Below, piece after piece: positions 62,726-64,000 of a stretch of DNA of 64,000 nucleotides. This stretch comes from Strigamia acuminata (Eukaryota). Position 1 is the first letter of the stretch; every line of letters begins with the position of its first letter. The stretch is taken from contig OX442314.1 in NCBI GenBank assembly GCA_949358305.1, forward strand, positions 4,030,001 to 4,094,000, given 5' to 3'. Under the pieces are notes generated by a model. It searched no databases. It saw only the letters and a list, made by a program, of their open reading frames with translations, and was not told the DNA's origin. Made by a program: the position numbers and the translations under genes.

Positions 62726-64000
62726 TTATTTTCCCTTTTTCGACTTTAGTTGGTGTAACTGCGTCCTGTTTTTAACCGATTTGACCAGACTTTTTAATTC
62801 GGCGCCTCTGGACGGTTTAATCGCTTGTTCGCGCTCGTTTTTAAACCGTTTGGGTTCGGGTTCGTCTCCGGCCCGGTTTCGTCGCTTTTCCTTTTCGGCG
62901 ATGATCATTTGCATTCCTTCGGTCATTTTAAATTGCGGGTCCGAAGGGTCGATGTGGTATTGATGCGATGTGAAAATCTCCGAAAATCGTTCGTCGTTAA
63001 CGTCAAACTAAGGGAATAAAATATATTTATAAATAAAGATAAATTAAATAAACCGGAAGTAGTATTTTTTGTACTTTAAACGTGTCGGGGGTCAGCTTTT
63101 TTTCCGTTTTTGACTTCTTTTTCCCTTTTTTCACGAGCGATTTCATGTTAAAATGCTGTTTTCCATCGTCGTCTTCCATTAATAATAGATCGAGCTCAGC
63201 CTGTTCAACAAAATTGAGATTAATACAATTTAAAAAATATATATATATTTCTGTCTACCTTGTTTGAATCTTCCAATTCGGGTGATGTTGACCTCTGTTT
63301 TTTACGAAACTTCTTGTCTACAAATTAGAATATATGTAATTAGACCTACGTACAAGATGGTTTGGTGACAAAAAACAGTTTTAAGCAAAAATTTGACCAT
63401 TATAGGCGGAAATTCCATAGTTTCAACAAAAACTAGACCGTTTTAGCGTTTTAGGCCGAAATTTCACCATTTTAACAAAAACTAGACCATTTTAGGCCGA
63501 AATTTCATCATTTTAACAAAAACTAGACCGTTTTAGGTCGAAATTTCATCATTTTAACAAAATCTAGACTGTTTTAGATCGAAATTTCACCATTTTAACA
63601 AAAACTAGACCATTTTAGGCCGAAATTTCACCATTTTAACAAAAACTAGACCATTTTAGGCCGAAATTTCACCAATTTAACAAAAACTAGACCGTTTTAG
63701 GTCAAAATTTCATCATTTTAACAAAATCTAGACTGTTTTAGATCGAAATTTCACCATTTTAACAAAAACTAGACCATTTTAGGCCGAAATTTCACCATTT
63801 TAACAAAAACTAGACCATTTTAGGCCGAAATTTCACCATTTTAACAAAAAGTAGACCGTTTTAGTTCGAAATTTTACCATTTTAACAAAAACTAGACCGT
63901 TTTAGGCCGAAATTTCACCATTTTAACTGCATCATCAACCCACATACCTTTTTTCGATTTACCACTTTTCTCGAATTCCGGTCCTAGATCTTGCGAAAAG
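62726..64000 (-). CDS. ESF1: ESF1 pre-rRNA processing protein, 3' exons (64000-63948, 63317-63259, 63200-63075, 63007-62726)
   Basis: AELDLLLMEDDDGKQHFNMK and the NUC153-type FDVNDERFSEIFTSHQYHIDPSDPQFKMT...LKSLVKSVK. Confidence 0.87.
63420..63927. repeat. 41-bp intronic minisatellite (cattttaacaaaaactagaccattttaggccgaaatttcac)
   Basis: ~12 slightly varied tandem units in an ESF1 intron. Confidence 0.92.

Overview
AT-rich, intron-containing animal DNA (probably arthropod; the organism cannot be fixed from sequence). The backbone is a minus-strand tandem array of five RNF216/TRIAD3-like RBR E3 ubiquitin ligase genes plus older fragments. It is flanked on the left by the 3' end of a DEG/ENaC channel gene and on the right by mRpS18A and ESF1. 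Copy 1 carries three young, related LTR retroelements with 1.5-1.9 kb LTRs, TGTGAC...GTCACA ends, 4-bp TSDs and tRNA-Gln PBSs. Element A (5478-14125) is gag-only. Element B (14379-36648) is a Ty3/gypsy gag-pol element with an extra Cys-rich ORF3. Element C (24410-33814) is nested in ORF3 of B and encodes only a duplicated Gag N-terminal module. The most notable observations are: (1) a covarying, two-fold symmetric RNA hairpin in the B and C LTRs; (2) a ~360-bp solo LTR that supplies the ATG, a spliced 5'UTR and probably the promoter of ligase copies 1-4; (3) the reconstructed 536-aa non-Env ORF3; (4) different U3 regions in the two LTRs of B despite a single TSD; (5) a conserved GC-AG intron and a precise intron loss among the ligase paralogues. 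All calls come from reading the sequence by eye; no searches or folding programs were run.
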